A DNA stretch of 64,000 nt, from contig OZ244034.1 of the NCBI GenBank assembly GCA_965215185.1, positions 672,001 to 736,000 on the forward strand, given 5' to 3'. Positions 52,135-62,057 of this stretch are shown in pieces; positions within the stretch are counted from its first letter, which is position 1; the number at the start of each line of letters is the position of its first letter. Under the pieces are notes generated by a model. That model was not told where the DNA came from, made no database searches, and saw nothing but the letters and a program-made list of their open reading frames with translations. Source of the DNA: Acidimicrobiia bacterium (GTDB lineage Bacteria; Actinomycetota; Acidimicrobiia; Spongiisociales; ZC4RG35). The position numbers were made by a program, and so were the translations under genes.

Positions 52135-54558
52135 ATGGAATATGATGTAGCCGCGGTCGAGGCGAAGTGGCAGGACCTTTGGGAGCGGGAGAAGACCTTC
52201 TACACGACAGAGGACTCCGAACGGCCCAAGTACTACAACCTGCAGATGTACCCCTACCCGTCGGGGGATCTGCACATGGGCCATCTTCGCAACTACACCT
52301 ATGTGGATCTTCTGACCCGCTATAGGAAGATGCAGGGCTACAACGTCCTGTCCCCGATGGGGTGGGACTCCTTCGGACTTCCGGCCGAGAACGCTGCTAT
52401 CGCCACCGGTGTGCATCCTCGGGAATTCACTGAGCGACAGATCGTTCGGATGAAATCCCAGCTTCGTCGGCTGGGGGCGGTGTACGACTGGAGCCGGGAG
52501 TTGGCCTGTCACACTCCCGAGTACTACCGATGGGACCAGTGGCTTTTCCTCAAACTCTACGAGCAGGGATTGGCCTACAAGTCCCGTTCGGCAGTGAACT
52601 GGTGTCAGCAGGACCAAACTGTGCTGGCCAACGAGCAGGTGGTGAACGGGGCTTGTGAACGATGCAATTCGCCGGTTATCCGCAGAGAGCTGTCGCAGTG
52701 GCACTTTCGAATCACCAAATATGCTGATCGTCTACTGGAGGACTTGGAGGGCCTTGAATGGCCCGAGCGGGTCAAAGTGATGCAGGAGAACTGGATAGGG
52801 CGTTCGCAAGGGTGTGACTTCACTATCCAAGTGGCCGATGGGGAAGGCCAGTTCGAGGTGTACACCACCCGGCCCGACACCATATTCGGGATGACATTCG
52901 CGGTGCTGGCGCCCGAGCATCCTCTGGTGGAGAAGTTGGTGGCGGGCGGCCCGTACGAGGAGACCATCAGGGCATACGTGGAGAGGGTTTCCGCGGCAAG
53001 CGAATTGGAGAGGATGAGCACCGGGGAGAAGTCGGGAATATTCCTGGGGCGGTACTGCATAAACCCGGTCAGCGGCGCCCGGGTTCCCCTGTACATAGCC
53101 GACTACGTGTTGATGGGGTATGGGACGGGAGCGATCATGGGCGTGCCCGGAGAAGACCAACGGGACTGGGATTTCGCCGCCCAGCGCGGATTGGAGATCA
53201 TCCGCACTGTGCAGCCGCTCGCCGGGTTCGATGGTGAGGCCTACACCGGCGAAGGGATCGCTATCAACTCGGGGTTTCTGAACGGTCTGGAAATGGCAGC
53301 CGCCAAAGAGAGAATCATCGGGTGGCTGGAAGAGCGGGGGATAGGACGCCGGGCGGTGAAGTACCGACTTCATGATTGGCTGGTCTCCCGACAGCGCTAT
53401 TGGGGCTGCCCCATCCCCATGGTGAACTGCCCCGCTTGCGGCTTGGTGCCGGTGCCGGAGAAAGATCTGCCGGTCATCCATCCTGATGTAGAGGAGTACC
53501 GGCCCAAGGGACAGTCGCCCCTCGCCCTGGCCACCGATTGGGTGGAGGTGGACTGCCCCCACTGTGGAGGCCCCGGTAGGCGGGAGACCGACACCATGGA
53601 CACCTTCGTCGACTCCTCCTGGTATTTTCTCCGCTACTGCGACGCACATAACTCAGAGCGGATCTTCGATGACGACAAGGTCAAGTACTGGATGGGTGTC
53701 GACCAGTACATCGGGGGAGTAGAGCACGCGGTTCTCCATCTGCTCTACGCCCGGTTTATCACCAAGGTCCTCTACGACTTGGGTCTATGTCCCACCAAGG
53801 AGCCTTTCACTCGGCTCTTTACTCAAGGGATGCTGGTGAAGGATGGCGCCAAGATGTCTAAGTCAAAGGGCAACGTGGTGACTCCCGAGCCCTACTACGA
53901 GCGGTACGGCGCCGACGCCATTCGTCTATATGAACTATTCATCGGGCCTCCCACCGACGACGCGGTGTGGATCGACGGGGGTGTGGAGGGAACCGCCCGG
54001 TTTCTTGATCGAGTTTGGCGGTTGGGGATGGGGGAGGTCGGGTCGGTGTCCGACCGGGCCGAGGACCGTCGTGACAAGGCCATATTGGGGGTGACGCACC
54101 GTGCCCTGCGCAAGGTCACTTCCGACATAGACCGCTTCCATTTCAACACGGTCGTATCCACGCTGATGGCCTTGATCAACGAACTGATCGCCTACCTGCG
54201 AGAAGGGGGCCGGGCGGAAACCTTCCGGCAGGTCTACCGAATGTTGCTTCTCATGCTGGGCCCTCTGGCGCCCCACGTCTCCCATGAGCTGTGGGAGAGA
54301 CTGGGGTATGGGGAGATGCTCGCCACCCAGTCTTGGCCGATGTGGGATGACAAGATTGCTCGCGAAGATACGGTGGTGATGGTCCTGCAAGTAAATGGCA
54401 AGGTACGGGACCGGGTACAAGTTCCGATCGACATCGACGAGGCGACGGCCGAGCAGTATGCCTTACGTTCCCAGCGGATGCAACGCTGGCTGGAGGGCGG
54501 ACAGATAACCCGGGTCATCGTTCGCCCACCGCAGATAGTCAACGTGGTCGTCAAATAA
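52135..54558 (+). CDS. leuS: Leucine--tRNA ligase
   Basis: MYPYPSG.LHMGH, GWDSFGLPAEN, TTRPDT, SRQRYWG, KMSKS. Confidence 0.98.
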   Translation: MEYDVAAVEAKWQDLWEREKTFYTTEDSERPKYYNLQMYPYPSGDLHMGHLRNYTYVDLLTRYRKMQGYNVLSPMGWDSFGLPAENAAIATGVHPREFTERQIVRMKSQLRRLGAVYDWSRELACHTPEYYRWDQWLFLKLYEQGLAYKSRSAVNWCQQDQTVLANEQVVNGACERCNSPVIRRELSQWHFRITKYADRLLEDLEGLEWPERVKVMQENWIGRSQGCDFTIQVADGEGQFEVYTTRPDTIFGMTFAVLAPEHPLVEKLVAGGPYEETIRAYVERVSAASELERMSTGEKSGIFLGRYCINPVSGARVPLYIADYVLMGYGTGAIMGVPGEDQRDWDFAAQRGLEIIRTVQPLAGFDGEAYTGEGIAINSGFLNGLEMAAAKERIIGWLEERGIGRRAVKYRLHDWLVSRQRYWGCPIPMVNCPACGLVPVPEKDLPVIHPDVEEYRPKGQSPLALATDWVEVDCPHCGGPGRRETDTMDTFVDSSWYFLRYCDAHNSERIFDDDKVKYWMGVDQYIGGVEHAVLHLLYARFITKVLYDLGLCPTKEPFTRLFTQGMLVKDGAKMSKSKGNVVTPEPYYERYGADAIRLYELFIGPPTDDAVWIDGGVEGTARFLDRVWRLGMGEVGSVSDRAEDRRDKAILGVTHRALRKVTSDIDRFHFNTVVSTLMALINELIAYLREGGRAETFRQVYRMLLLMLGPLAPHVSHELWERLGYGEMLATQSWPMWDDKIAREDTVVMVLQVNGKVRDRVQVPIDIDEATAEQYALRSQRMQRWLEGGQITRVIVRPPQIVNVVVK

Positions 54559-54643
54559 CGGCGGTTTTGGCCGAGGTACCCCCGCCCGGCGGATTACTAC
54601 GACCAGTTGAACGGACAGTGGGAAGTTGGCCAAGCCGCTCTCT

Positions 54644-54815
54644 GCGTGGCTCAGCACGGTTAACGGATCGCTTTCACCCGTCACGATGGTCGGAGCGGTG
54701 ACCGGGGAATTTCGTCAGGCAGTCCGGAAATCTATGTGATCAACGCGGACGGAACCAATCCAAAGCAGCTCACCTTCCAGGGCGGCTGGGACCCGATTGG
54801 TCGCCAGGTGGGTAG
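54644..54815 (+). pseudogene. Remnant of a TolB-like (PD40) beta-propeller gene
   Basis: HG*RIAFTR...EIYVINADGTNPKQLT..GGWDP, then a frameshift to DWSPGG*. In-frame TAA at 54661; no start codon. Confidence 0.7.
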
Positions 54816-54925
54816 ATTGATGTTCGCTTCGATGAGGTGAATGGCTTCTGGTATTGCGAAGGTAGAGAACTCTTCGAGTCTCCTCCAGGCTGAAGTTCGC
54901 GAAGCTCCGGTACAACGAGGCGCCT

Positions 54926-55346
54926 TTAGCGGATTTCCAGAGACGGAGCGCCTCTACTGTGAAGACGACGGGCAGCGCGGTGTCGATGATGTACCAAACC
55001 ATCCAGAAAGCGCTTTGGTCGGGCGGCTCCCCCCAGCGCGGCAAACCAATTGGGCAGGAAGGCGAGGATAAGCAGTAGCGCGCTGTAGAAGATCCGGTTG
55101 GCCGTAAGCCATTGTCGGGTACTGGTTAACGGGTCGTCGTTGTGTCTTCGTTTCTCTTTGAATGTGGTGACCAATATCATCGCCAACCCGGCCAGCTGGC
55201 ACCACCCCAGCACATTCCAGATGTTGTTCGCCGTGTCGCTGGCGCGGTCGGAGGATTGCGCGTAGATCGTCCAAACCGTGAACTGCACAGCTACGGACAG
55301 CGCCACCAAACCCTAAATAGACGCTTACGGCACGGTTCAACAGCAT
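54926..55346 (-). pseudogene. Frameshifted paralog of the adjacent 4-TM membrane protein
   Basis: Three frames join into NRAVSVYLG / VAVQF..IW.VL.W..TT..FY..LAFLPNWF / W.VW.IID..LPV.F..EA.RL. Extra bases at A3 55308-55310 and C6 55029-55034. Confidence 0.75.
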
Positions 55347-55389
55347 CTATTGGGACCCGGGTATCTAAACAGAGCGGGTCAGTTGTGGG

Positions 55390-55791
55390 TCAGGATGCCC
55401 GGATCAGACGGCGCGCCTCTGTTATGAACAGGACGGGTAGCACGGAGTCGATGAGATGCCAGACAGTCCAAGCGGCATCCACATTGGCGTGTTCGGTGAA
55501 GGCTTCCCCGAACCAGTTGGGAAAGAAGGCCAGGGCGAGAATGGCGGTCCCGTAAAACATCGCCTCCGCACCGAAGGAGCAGCAGGCATCTGATGAGGCT
55601 CCCATCTGCTTGCGTTGGTAGGTGGTCCTCAACATCAGCAACAGGCCGATCGCCATCAACCAGTCAAGCACCAGCCAGATCGTGGTTCCACCATCCGAAC
55701 TGTTCCCATAGAGCGGATACAAAACGAATTGCGCCGCCACCGCCACACCTACCACCCCTAGATAGAGGCCTATTAGTCGATTTGTTCCCAT
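55390..55791 (-). CDS. Hypothetical 4-TM membrane protein (133 aa)
   Basis: Four hydrophobic helices, GGAGG SD, and a collinear paralog downstream. Confidence 0.8.
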   Translation of the reverse strand: MGTNRLIGLYLGVVGVAVAAQFVLYPLYGNSSDGGTTIWLVLDWLMAIGLLLMLRTTYQRKQMGASSDACCSFGAEAMFYGTAILALAFFPNWFGEAFTEHANVDAAWTVWHLIDSVLPVLFITEARRLIRAS

Positions 55792-56249
55792 TGCAAGTCC
55801 TCCACTTTGGGGCTGGTTATCTGTCCACTACGGCCCTATGTCGGTGCCGTGACTTTCGGTTTTGCTGATAAGCCTATAAGGACAAAGGCATGTCCACCGG
55901 TTCAAGCCAATTGCTACTTGTCCTCCGCAAATGACTCCGCCACGACGCTATCTGATACCTCCGATTTCCGACCACGGGGAAGTGCTGTTGACGAGCGTCG
56001 TCTCACGTTGTAGTTAAACAAGAATCGGTTCAAAGAGTGCGGTACCTTTCCACAAACACCGGCGGTTTGGTATCAGAGTTCGATCTGAACCGCTACAACC
56101 AAACAGCGAAAACACCAACCTCGCCCGGGCCTGGAATTTCGCGAAAAACAACGGTATGGAGGTGGCGGGGGAGGGAACCCGATGGGGGAAAATATTTCTC
56201 GCGGAATTTGAGCTGGCAAATGTCCCGCTATAAGGCGCTTACCGGGCTC

Positions 56250-56282
56250 TTGTCCAGGGTGCTTGCTAGCGTGAGGGGGGTG
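56250..56282 (+). promoter_or_regulatory. Leaderless promoter of holA with a PafBC-like upstream element
   Basis: tTGTCCA (56250-56256), 10 nt, TAGCGT (56267-56272), 7 nt, GTG 56280. Confidence 0.45.
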
Positions 56283-57461
56283 GGCGAGGTACTGGCTGTG
56301 GTTATCGCGGATCGGGGCGGTCCGGGCGAACGGGAGGAGGGGCTTGATTTCGCCCGGCGACATCTGCGTAGGGTGGGAGTGGAGGCGGATCAGATCGTCA
56401 GGATCGATGTTCCCTCTTCTCGAGGCGCCGGGGCTTCCCCGCCGGGTGGCCCTGATCAACACGGGACTTTCCGAGCCGAGTTGATTGGGATTGTGCCGTT
56501 GTTACAGTCTTCCAGTCTTTTTGGTCAAAAGCAGGGATTGCTGCTGGTGGACGCCAATTATCTGCTGGCCGCCGAGGCCCAGGCTTTGGCCGAGCTTCTG
56601 CCCGCTATCGACCCGGTGGCGGTGGCGGTGGCGTTGGTTGCCCAGCGTTCTTTGCCCACCGCTTTGTCCAAGAAGGTCAAAGAGATCGGCAAGGTCGAAT
56701 CGATACGGGCGCTTTGGGAAAGCCAAATCCATGGATGGCTGATCGAACAAGCCAAGGAAAAGGGTTTGCGGATTGGTAATCAGGCCCGGGTCGCTCTGAT
56801 ACAGAGGTTCGGAACCGACCGGGCCTCTCTTCGAAGAGCCTTGGAGCAACTTCAGGGCGACAACCGGCCCATCAATGCCCAAATGATCGTTGAGCGATTC
56901 CGTAACCGACCCGACCAGCCGATCTTTCGCATTCTGGATGAGATTCTGGTCGGGAACACCCCGGCGGCGCTGCGACGGCTCGGTGACTTTTTGGCCAATG
57001 CCCGATCTTCCGACGGGCGTCCTCATATGCTGTTGGGCGCCTTGGAATCGGATCTGCGCCTCCGCCTGAAGGCTTCACAGGCCCGTGACCGGGAGCACTT
57101 TCGCCAAATGGAGGAAGAGGGGACCTTCTCCCGAATGTTGGAATCGGCGCCCGGGCCCCTGGATCAAAAGACGGAGAACAAGCTACGGACTACGGCCAAA
57201 AGCCAGGTTCGCTCCAGACAAGCGCGCCATGGGCGAATATGGTCTCAGAGAAAACCAATCAGTTCGGTAAGCAGGCGAGAGCAGATCCATGCCGCACAGA
57301 GAGCACTGTCTTTAGTGGTACAGGCCGACCGAACCCTCAAGCTGTTCCCGGCGGAGCTTCACCAACCGGTTTTGGAAAGAACTGTGGCCGAATTGTGTGG
57401 TGTCTACCAGGGTTTCGCCGGTTTACGCAGAAGATCGAACAACCCGGGCAGGACCTGGTAG
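56280..57461 (+). CDS. holA: DNA polymerase III delta subunit (divergent, with insertions)
   Basis: SSSLFG.K..LLVDA, L...G.D...L...LEQL, IF...D.IL.G....AL..L; convergent with rpsT, the usual holA position. Confidence 0.75.
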   Translation: MGEVLAVVIADRGGPGEREEGLDFARRHLRRVGVEADQIVRIDVPSSRGAGASPPGGPDQHGTFRAELIGIVPLLQSSSLFGQKQGLLLVDANYLLAAEAQALAELLPAIDPVAVAVALVAQRSLPTALSKKVKEIGKVESIRALWESQIHGWLIEQAKEKGLRIGNQARVALIQRFGTDRASLRRALEQLQGDNRPINAQMIVERFRNRPDQPIFRILDEILVGNTPAALRRLGDFLANARSSDGRPHMLLGALESDLRLRLKASQARDREHFRQMEEEGTFSRMLESAPGPLDQKTENKLRTTAKSQVRSRQARHGRIWSQRKPISSVSRREQIHAAQRALSLVVQADRTLKLFPAELHQPVLERTVAELCGVYQGFAGLRRRSNNPGRTW

Positions 57462-57487
57462 ACCAAAGACTCGGGGGAACTGGCTTA

Positions 57488-57745
57488 TCAGGACGAGGCT
57501 GCGTCTCGAAACAGACGGGACTTGAGACGCGCCGCCTTTTTGGCGTGGATGATTCCTTTGGAGCAGGCCGAATCGATGCGCTTTTGGGCCACTCGCAACT
57601 TGTCCTCCACGTCGGGATCTCCCGCCTCCACCGCCGCCATGGCGGTCTTGATACGGGTTTTCATCTCTGAGCTAATGCCCTTGTTGGCGATCCGACGACG
57701 CTCGTTCTGCCGGTTACGTTTCTTTTGGGACTTGATGTTTGCCAT
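57488..57745 (-). CDS. rpsT: 30S ribosomal protein S20
   Basis: MANIKSQKKRNRQNE, KGIIH.KKAAR.KSRL. Confidence 0.98.
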   Translation of the reverse strand: MANIKSQKKRNRQNERRRIANKGISSEMKTRIKTAMAAVEAGDPDVEDKLRVAQKRIDSACSKGIIHAKKAARLKSRLFRDAASS

Positions 57746-58032
57746 CAGGTTTTACGACTTTCGGGGATTGGTTGTGCTTATGGAGAGAATACCCCCCGCC
57801 CGCAAAAACATTTTAGGGTTCATTTGCATCCCGATCACAATCCGACCTCTGGGAAAATGGTCCGACTGCTCCGGCCAGCGCCGGGTTGTCCTCCAACCAG
57901 GGTCCCGGCGGGGACCCGACGACTACTTCGCCCATGGGCCGAACCGCCCGCCGGGACATCAGGTGGCTGTCAGCACTGCAAGACACGTAAGATATTGCCG
58001 TGTCCCCGCCACTCCACCTAGGTTGCGCAAGC

Positions 58033-59835
58033 TTGTCCTCTCTTTCCCTGATCAGAAACTTCTGCATAATCGCCCACATCGACCATGGGAAATCCACCCT
58101 GGCCGATCGCCTGCTGGAATCCGCCGGGGCTGTCTCCCAGCGAGAGATGAGAGATCAGGTGCTCGACACGATGGATTTGGAGCGGGAACGGGGAATCACC
58201 ATCAAAGCGCAGGCGGTGCGTTTGGATTATCCGGCCGCCGATGGTTGCACCTATGTCCTCAATCTGATCGACACTCCCGGGCATGTGGACTTCTCGTACG
58301 AGGTGTCCCGTTCGCTAGCCGCCTGCGAAGGGGCGCTGTTGCTGGTGGACGCCAATCAGGGAGTGCAGGCCCAGACCGTTGCCAATGCCTATCTGGCGGT
58401 GGAAGCGGGACTGGAGATCATACCGGTGGTAAACAAGATTGATCTCCCCTCGGCCGAGCCCGAGGGCGCTGCTGAGGAATTGTCTCGAATACTGGGCGGC
58501 GATCCCGTCGACGCCATCTTCATCTCGGCAAAAACCGGCGAGGGCATCGACGAACTCACCGAACGAATAGTGGAATTAGTTCCACCACCGGCGGGGGACC
58601 CCGAACTCCCCCTTTCCGCACTGATCTTCGACTCCTATTACGACATATACAGAGGTGTGGTCTGCTACGTGAGGGTGATGGACGGAAGCCTGACGACGGG
58701 TGAGCGTGTCATGTTCATGGCCACCGGTGAGAAGCGGGACGCTTCCGAGATCGGGGTGCTCACCCCCTCCTCCCTGCCGGTGGAGACGCTCGGGGCGGGT
58801 GAAGTGGGATATTTGATCACGGGCGCCAAGGAACTGGACCGGGTGCGGGTGGGGGACACGGTCACGTCGGCTCACCAACCGACCTCCCAACCGCTGCGGG
58901 GCTATACCGACCCTCGTCCCATGGTGTTTGCGGGGATATTCACCACCGATGGCGATGATTACCCCCGTCTGCGGGAGGCCTTGGACAAGCTCCAACTCAA
59001 CGACGCCTCGCTCCAGATCTCTCCGGAGTTCTCCCAAGCATTGGGATTTGGATTCCGATGCGGGTTCTTGGGTCTATTGCACCTGGAGATAGTGCGGGAA
59101 CGTCTGGAGAGGGAGTACGACCTGGATCTGGTTACCACCTCCCCGTCGGTCGCCTATCGAGTGACCCTTCCGGGCGGACAGCCCACCGAGGTGCGATCCC
59201 CGGCCGACTTCCCGGCGGCGGGGAAGGAGATGCTGGTGGAAGAACCCTGGATCAAGGCACTCATCCTGGTTCCCCCCGAATTCCTGGGAGCGGTGATGGA
59301 GATCCTCACCTCCCGCCGCGCAGAGTTGGGTCCCATTAGTTATCTGGGCGCCGAACGGATAGAGCTCACCTGCCGTGTTCCCTTGGCGGAGGTGGTTTTC
59401 GACTTCTACGATCATCTCAAATCCAAGACCAGGGGGTTCGCCTCCCTCGATTATGAGCCCGACGGCTATCAGCCTTCCGATCTGGTCAAAGTGGACCTGC
59501 TGCTCAATGGCTCGCCGGTGGACGCCTTCTCGGCAGTAATACACCGCCAAAAGGCGTACGAATATGGCCGGGAGATGGTCACCCGACTCAGGGAACTGAT
59601 TCCCCGACAGTTATTCGACGTTCCCATTCAGGCCGCGGTCGGCAGCCGGATCATCTCCCGGGAGACCATCCGAGCCAAGCGCAAGGATGTGCTGGCCAAG
59701 TGCTACGGTGGCGATGTCACCCGCAAGAAAAAGCTGTTGTCCCGCCAGAAGGAAGGCAAGCGAAGGATGAAGATGGTGGGGTCGGTGGAGGTGCCTTCGG
59801 AGGCGTTCGTGGCGGCTCTCCGGGTGAAGGATTGA
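58033..59835 (+). CDS. lepA: Elongation factor 4
   Basis: [50 protein letters not shown]. Start 58000 or 58033. Confidence 0.98.
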   Translation: MSSLSLIRNFCIIAHIDHGKSTLADRLLESAGAVSQREMRDQVLDTMDLERERGITIKAQAVRLDYPAADGCTYVLNLIDTPGHVDFSYEVSRSLAACEGALLLVDANQGVQAQTVANAYLAVEAGLEIIPVVNKIDLPSAEPEGAAEELSRILGGDPVDAIFISAKTGEGIDELTERIVELVPPPAGDPELPLSALIFDSYYDIYRGVVCYVRVMDGSLTTGERVMFMATGEKRDASEIGVLTPSSLPVETLGAGEVGYLITGAKELDRVRVGDTVTSAHQPTSQPLRGYTDPRPMVFAGIFTTDGDDYPRLREALDKLQLNDASLQISPEFSQALGFGFRCGFLGLLHLEIVRERLEREYDLDLVTTSPSVAYRVTLPGGQPTEVRSPADFPAAGKEMLVEEPWIKALILVPPEFLGAVMEILTSRRAELGPISYLGAERIELTCRVPLAEVVFDFYDHLKSKTRGFASLDYEPDGYQPSDLVKVDLLLNGSPVDAFSAVIHRQKAYEYGREMVTRLRELIPRQLFDVPIQAAVGSRIISRETIRAKRKDVLAKCYGGDVTRKKKLLSRQKEGKRRMKMVGSVEVPSEAFVAALRVKD

Positions 59836-61034
59836 GTCTCCCAGTCACGGCGCCTCCCTCACCGGATGATCCCGGGCTGGCGGACCAGGCGGGTCGGTGG
59901 CGTTCACTGTATGTGCACATTCCGTTTTGTGAGGCGGTCTGCCCTTACTGTGACTTCGCGGTGGTGGCAGGGAGGGATGATTTGGTTTCCCGATATGGGA
60001 ATGCTCTGATCACTGAGATAGGATCGGCCCCTCGCTGGGGGCAGGTGAACGCCATCAACTTCGGAGGAGGGACTCCATCTCGGATGCCGGTCGGATGGTT
60101 GGAGAGGATTCTGGGAGAAATGGCCGCTCGTTTCGGCCTCACCGAGGATGCGGAGGTGAGCCTGGAGGCCAACCCCGAGGATTGGACGCCGGAGAAGGCA
60201 GAGGCGCTGGTGGCGGCCGGGTTCAACAGGGTGTCGCTGGGCGCTCAGTCCTTCGATCGTCAGGTGCTCTCCTATCTGGGTCGCCGCCACACCCCAAAGG
60301 ACATCGTGCAGGCCGTGTCGGTCGCCCGAGAGGCCGGTTTCTTCTCGATCAATCTGGATCTGATCATGGGCTCACCCCCCGAGAGCGGCGCATCCTGGGG
60401 CCAAACGCTGCGCGGCGCCTTCGCCTGCGATCCGGACCACCTGTCCACATACGCCCTGACTGTTGAGCCGGGGACCGTGTTGTGGAAGAACGTCCGGGCG
60501 GGCTCACCGACCCCCGACCCTGACCGGCAGGCCGACTGTTGGGAGGAGGCTGATAGAGCCTGCCGGGAGGCTGGATTGGTGCGCTATGAGGTCTCCAACG
60601 CTGCTCGGCCCGGCCATCCCTGCCGATACAACCTGTCGGTATGGGGACAGGGCGAGTATCTGGGGTTTGGAAACGGCGCCCATTCGTTTCGGGATGGGCG
60701 CCGGTGGGAGAACATACGCAGTCTGAATCGCTACCTGAAGACCGTGGAGAGTGGCGGTGCTACGACTCGGAGGATGGAAACCATCGCAGGGTGGGCCTCG
60801 GAGACTGAGCGATTGCTGCTGGGGATCAGAAGGAGGGCCGGCGTGAAACCGGGCCGGGCCGGGGAGGCGCTGTGGCACTCCTCACAGGGCCGAAGGCTTC
60901 GGCAGGCGGGTGTGATTGGATTGGGGAAGGGGAGGCTTCGGGTGGAGCGTCCCCTGCTCACCGACGAGGTGAGCCGGGCGATCCTCGCCATTCCACCCCC
61001 AGAGACCGATTCCAATGGAGAACCACCTCAATAG
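59832..61034 (+). CDS. hemW: Radical SAM heme chaperone HemW
   Basis: [38 protein letters not shown]; lepA-hemW-hrcA order; TTGA coupling. Confidence 0.92.
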   Translation: MSLPVTAPPSPDDPGLADQAGRWRSLYVHIPFCEAVCPYCDFAVVAGRDDLVSRYGNALITEIGSAPRWGQVNAINFGGGTPSRMPVGWLERILGEMAARFGLTEDAEVSLEANPEDWTPEKAEALVAAGFNRVSLGAQSFDRQVLSYLGRRHTPKDIVQAVSVAREAGFFSINLDLIMGSPPESGASWGQTLRGAFACDPDHLSTYALTVEPGTVLWKNVRAGSPTPDPDRQADCWEEADRACREAGLVRYEVSNAARPGHPCRYNLSVWGQGEYLGFGNGAHSFRDGRRWENIRSLNRYLKTVESGGATTRRMETIAGWASETERLLLGIRRRAGVKPGRAGEALWHSSQGRRLRQAGVIGLGKGRLRVERPLLTDEVSRAILAIPPPETDSNGEPPQ

Positions 61035-61036
61035 TT

Positions 61037-61055
61037 TGGTACTCTGTGGTACATG
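61037..61055 (+). promoter_or_regulatory. Leaderless promoter of hrcA (extended -10)
   Basis: TGG-TACTCT (61040-61045), 7 nt, ATG 61053; no SD. Confidence 0.55.
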
Positions 61056-62045
61056 CTGGAGGATCGCCGCGCCGAGATATTGCGTTCCCTGGTGGAATGT
61101 CACATCCGCACCGGAGCGCCCGTGAGTTCTCGGGCGGTGCTTGACCACAGCGATTTGGAAATCTCCCCCGCCACGGTCCGAAAGGAACTGGCCCGTCTGG
61201 AAGAAGACGGGTACGTAGCACAGCCCCATACCTCGGCTGGAAGGGTTCCCACCGCATTGGCCTACCGCTATTACGTGGACAACCAGGCGGGATTTCGGCT
61301 GCGGCGGGCGGTTCGATCCCGTATCTCTTCATTCTTCGCCGATGTCGAATTGGAGTTGGATCGGATGCTCCATGCCACTTCCCGATTGCTGTCGGACTTA
61401 ACCCTGTTACCGGCGGTGGTGGTGGGTCCTCAACTGGCCGCCGAGCGCGTCCGCAGCATCCACCTGGTCTCTCTCCAATTGCGCCTGGCTTTGCTGGTGG
61501 TGGTCACCGAATCGGCCCGGGTTCTGCAAGAGCTTTGTCGATTGCCGGCTCCGATGAGCGGAGGTCAACTCTCCGAAATGGAACGCCTGGTTCGCAGCCA
61601 CGCGGTGGGAGCGCCACTGGGTGGGCCAAGTCCGTCGGCGCTGCCGGCGCCTGGGTCCCCGCCCACCACGTTCCAAAGCTGCTTTCAAGAGGTGTGGGAA
61701 TCATTGGAAAGGGCAGCGTTGCGAGCCTCGGATGTTTACGTGATGGGCACCGGCCGACTGGCCGACCTATGGGATGATCTGGATGCGGTTTCCCAGGTGC
61801 TGGGGGTGCTGGAGAGGGAAGGCACGGTGTTGGAACTGCTCACTGCCAATCCGGGAATCACCATCCGCATCGGAGAGGAAATACCCGATCTGGAGGTGGA
61901 TCTGGCAGTGGTTTCCACCTCATTCATGGCGGGCAGCTCCAGCGGGCGAATCGGTGTGCTGGGGCCAATGCGAATGAATTATGGCCGAGCGATTTCGGTG
62001 CTCGAGAGAGTAAGCGCCGGGTTGGCCGGTCGCATCGGCGGCTGA
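61053..62045 (+). CDS. hrcA: Heat-inducible transcription repressor
   Basis: PVSS, SPATVR.E...LE, QPHTSAGRVPT..AYRYYVD, GVLGP.RMNY. Confidence 0.96.
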   Translation: MLEDRRAEILRSLVECHIRTGAPVSSRAVLDHSDLEISPATVRKELARLEEDGYVAQPHTSAGRVPTALAYRYYVDNQAGFRLRRAVRSRISSFFADVELELDRMLHATSRLLSDLTLLPAVVVGPQLAAERVRSIHLVSLQLRLALLVVVTESARVLQELCRLPAPMSGGQLSEMERLVRSHAVGAPLGGPSPSALPAPGSPPTTFQSCFQEVWESLERAALRASDVYVMGTGRLADLWDDLDAVSQVLGVLEREGTVLELLTANPGITIRIGEEIPDLEVDLAVVSTSFMAGSSSGRIGVLGPMRMNYGRAISVLERVSAGLAGRIGG

Positions 62046-62057
62046 ACCACTTCCCGC

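Noticed and set aside
55839-55860. TGTCGGTG match to the PafBC element
   Set aside because: No TAnnnT at the required spacing.
61036-61062. CIRCE operator upstream of hrcA (TTGGTACTC half-site)
   Set aside because: No matching right arm at 9-nt spacing; better explained as an extended -10 box.
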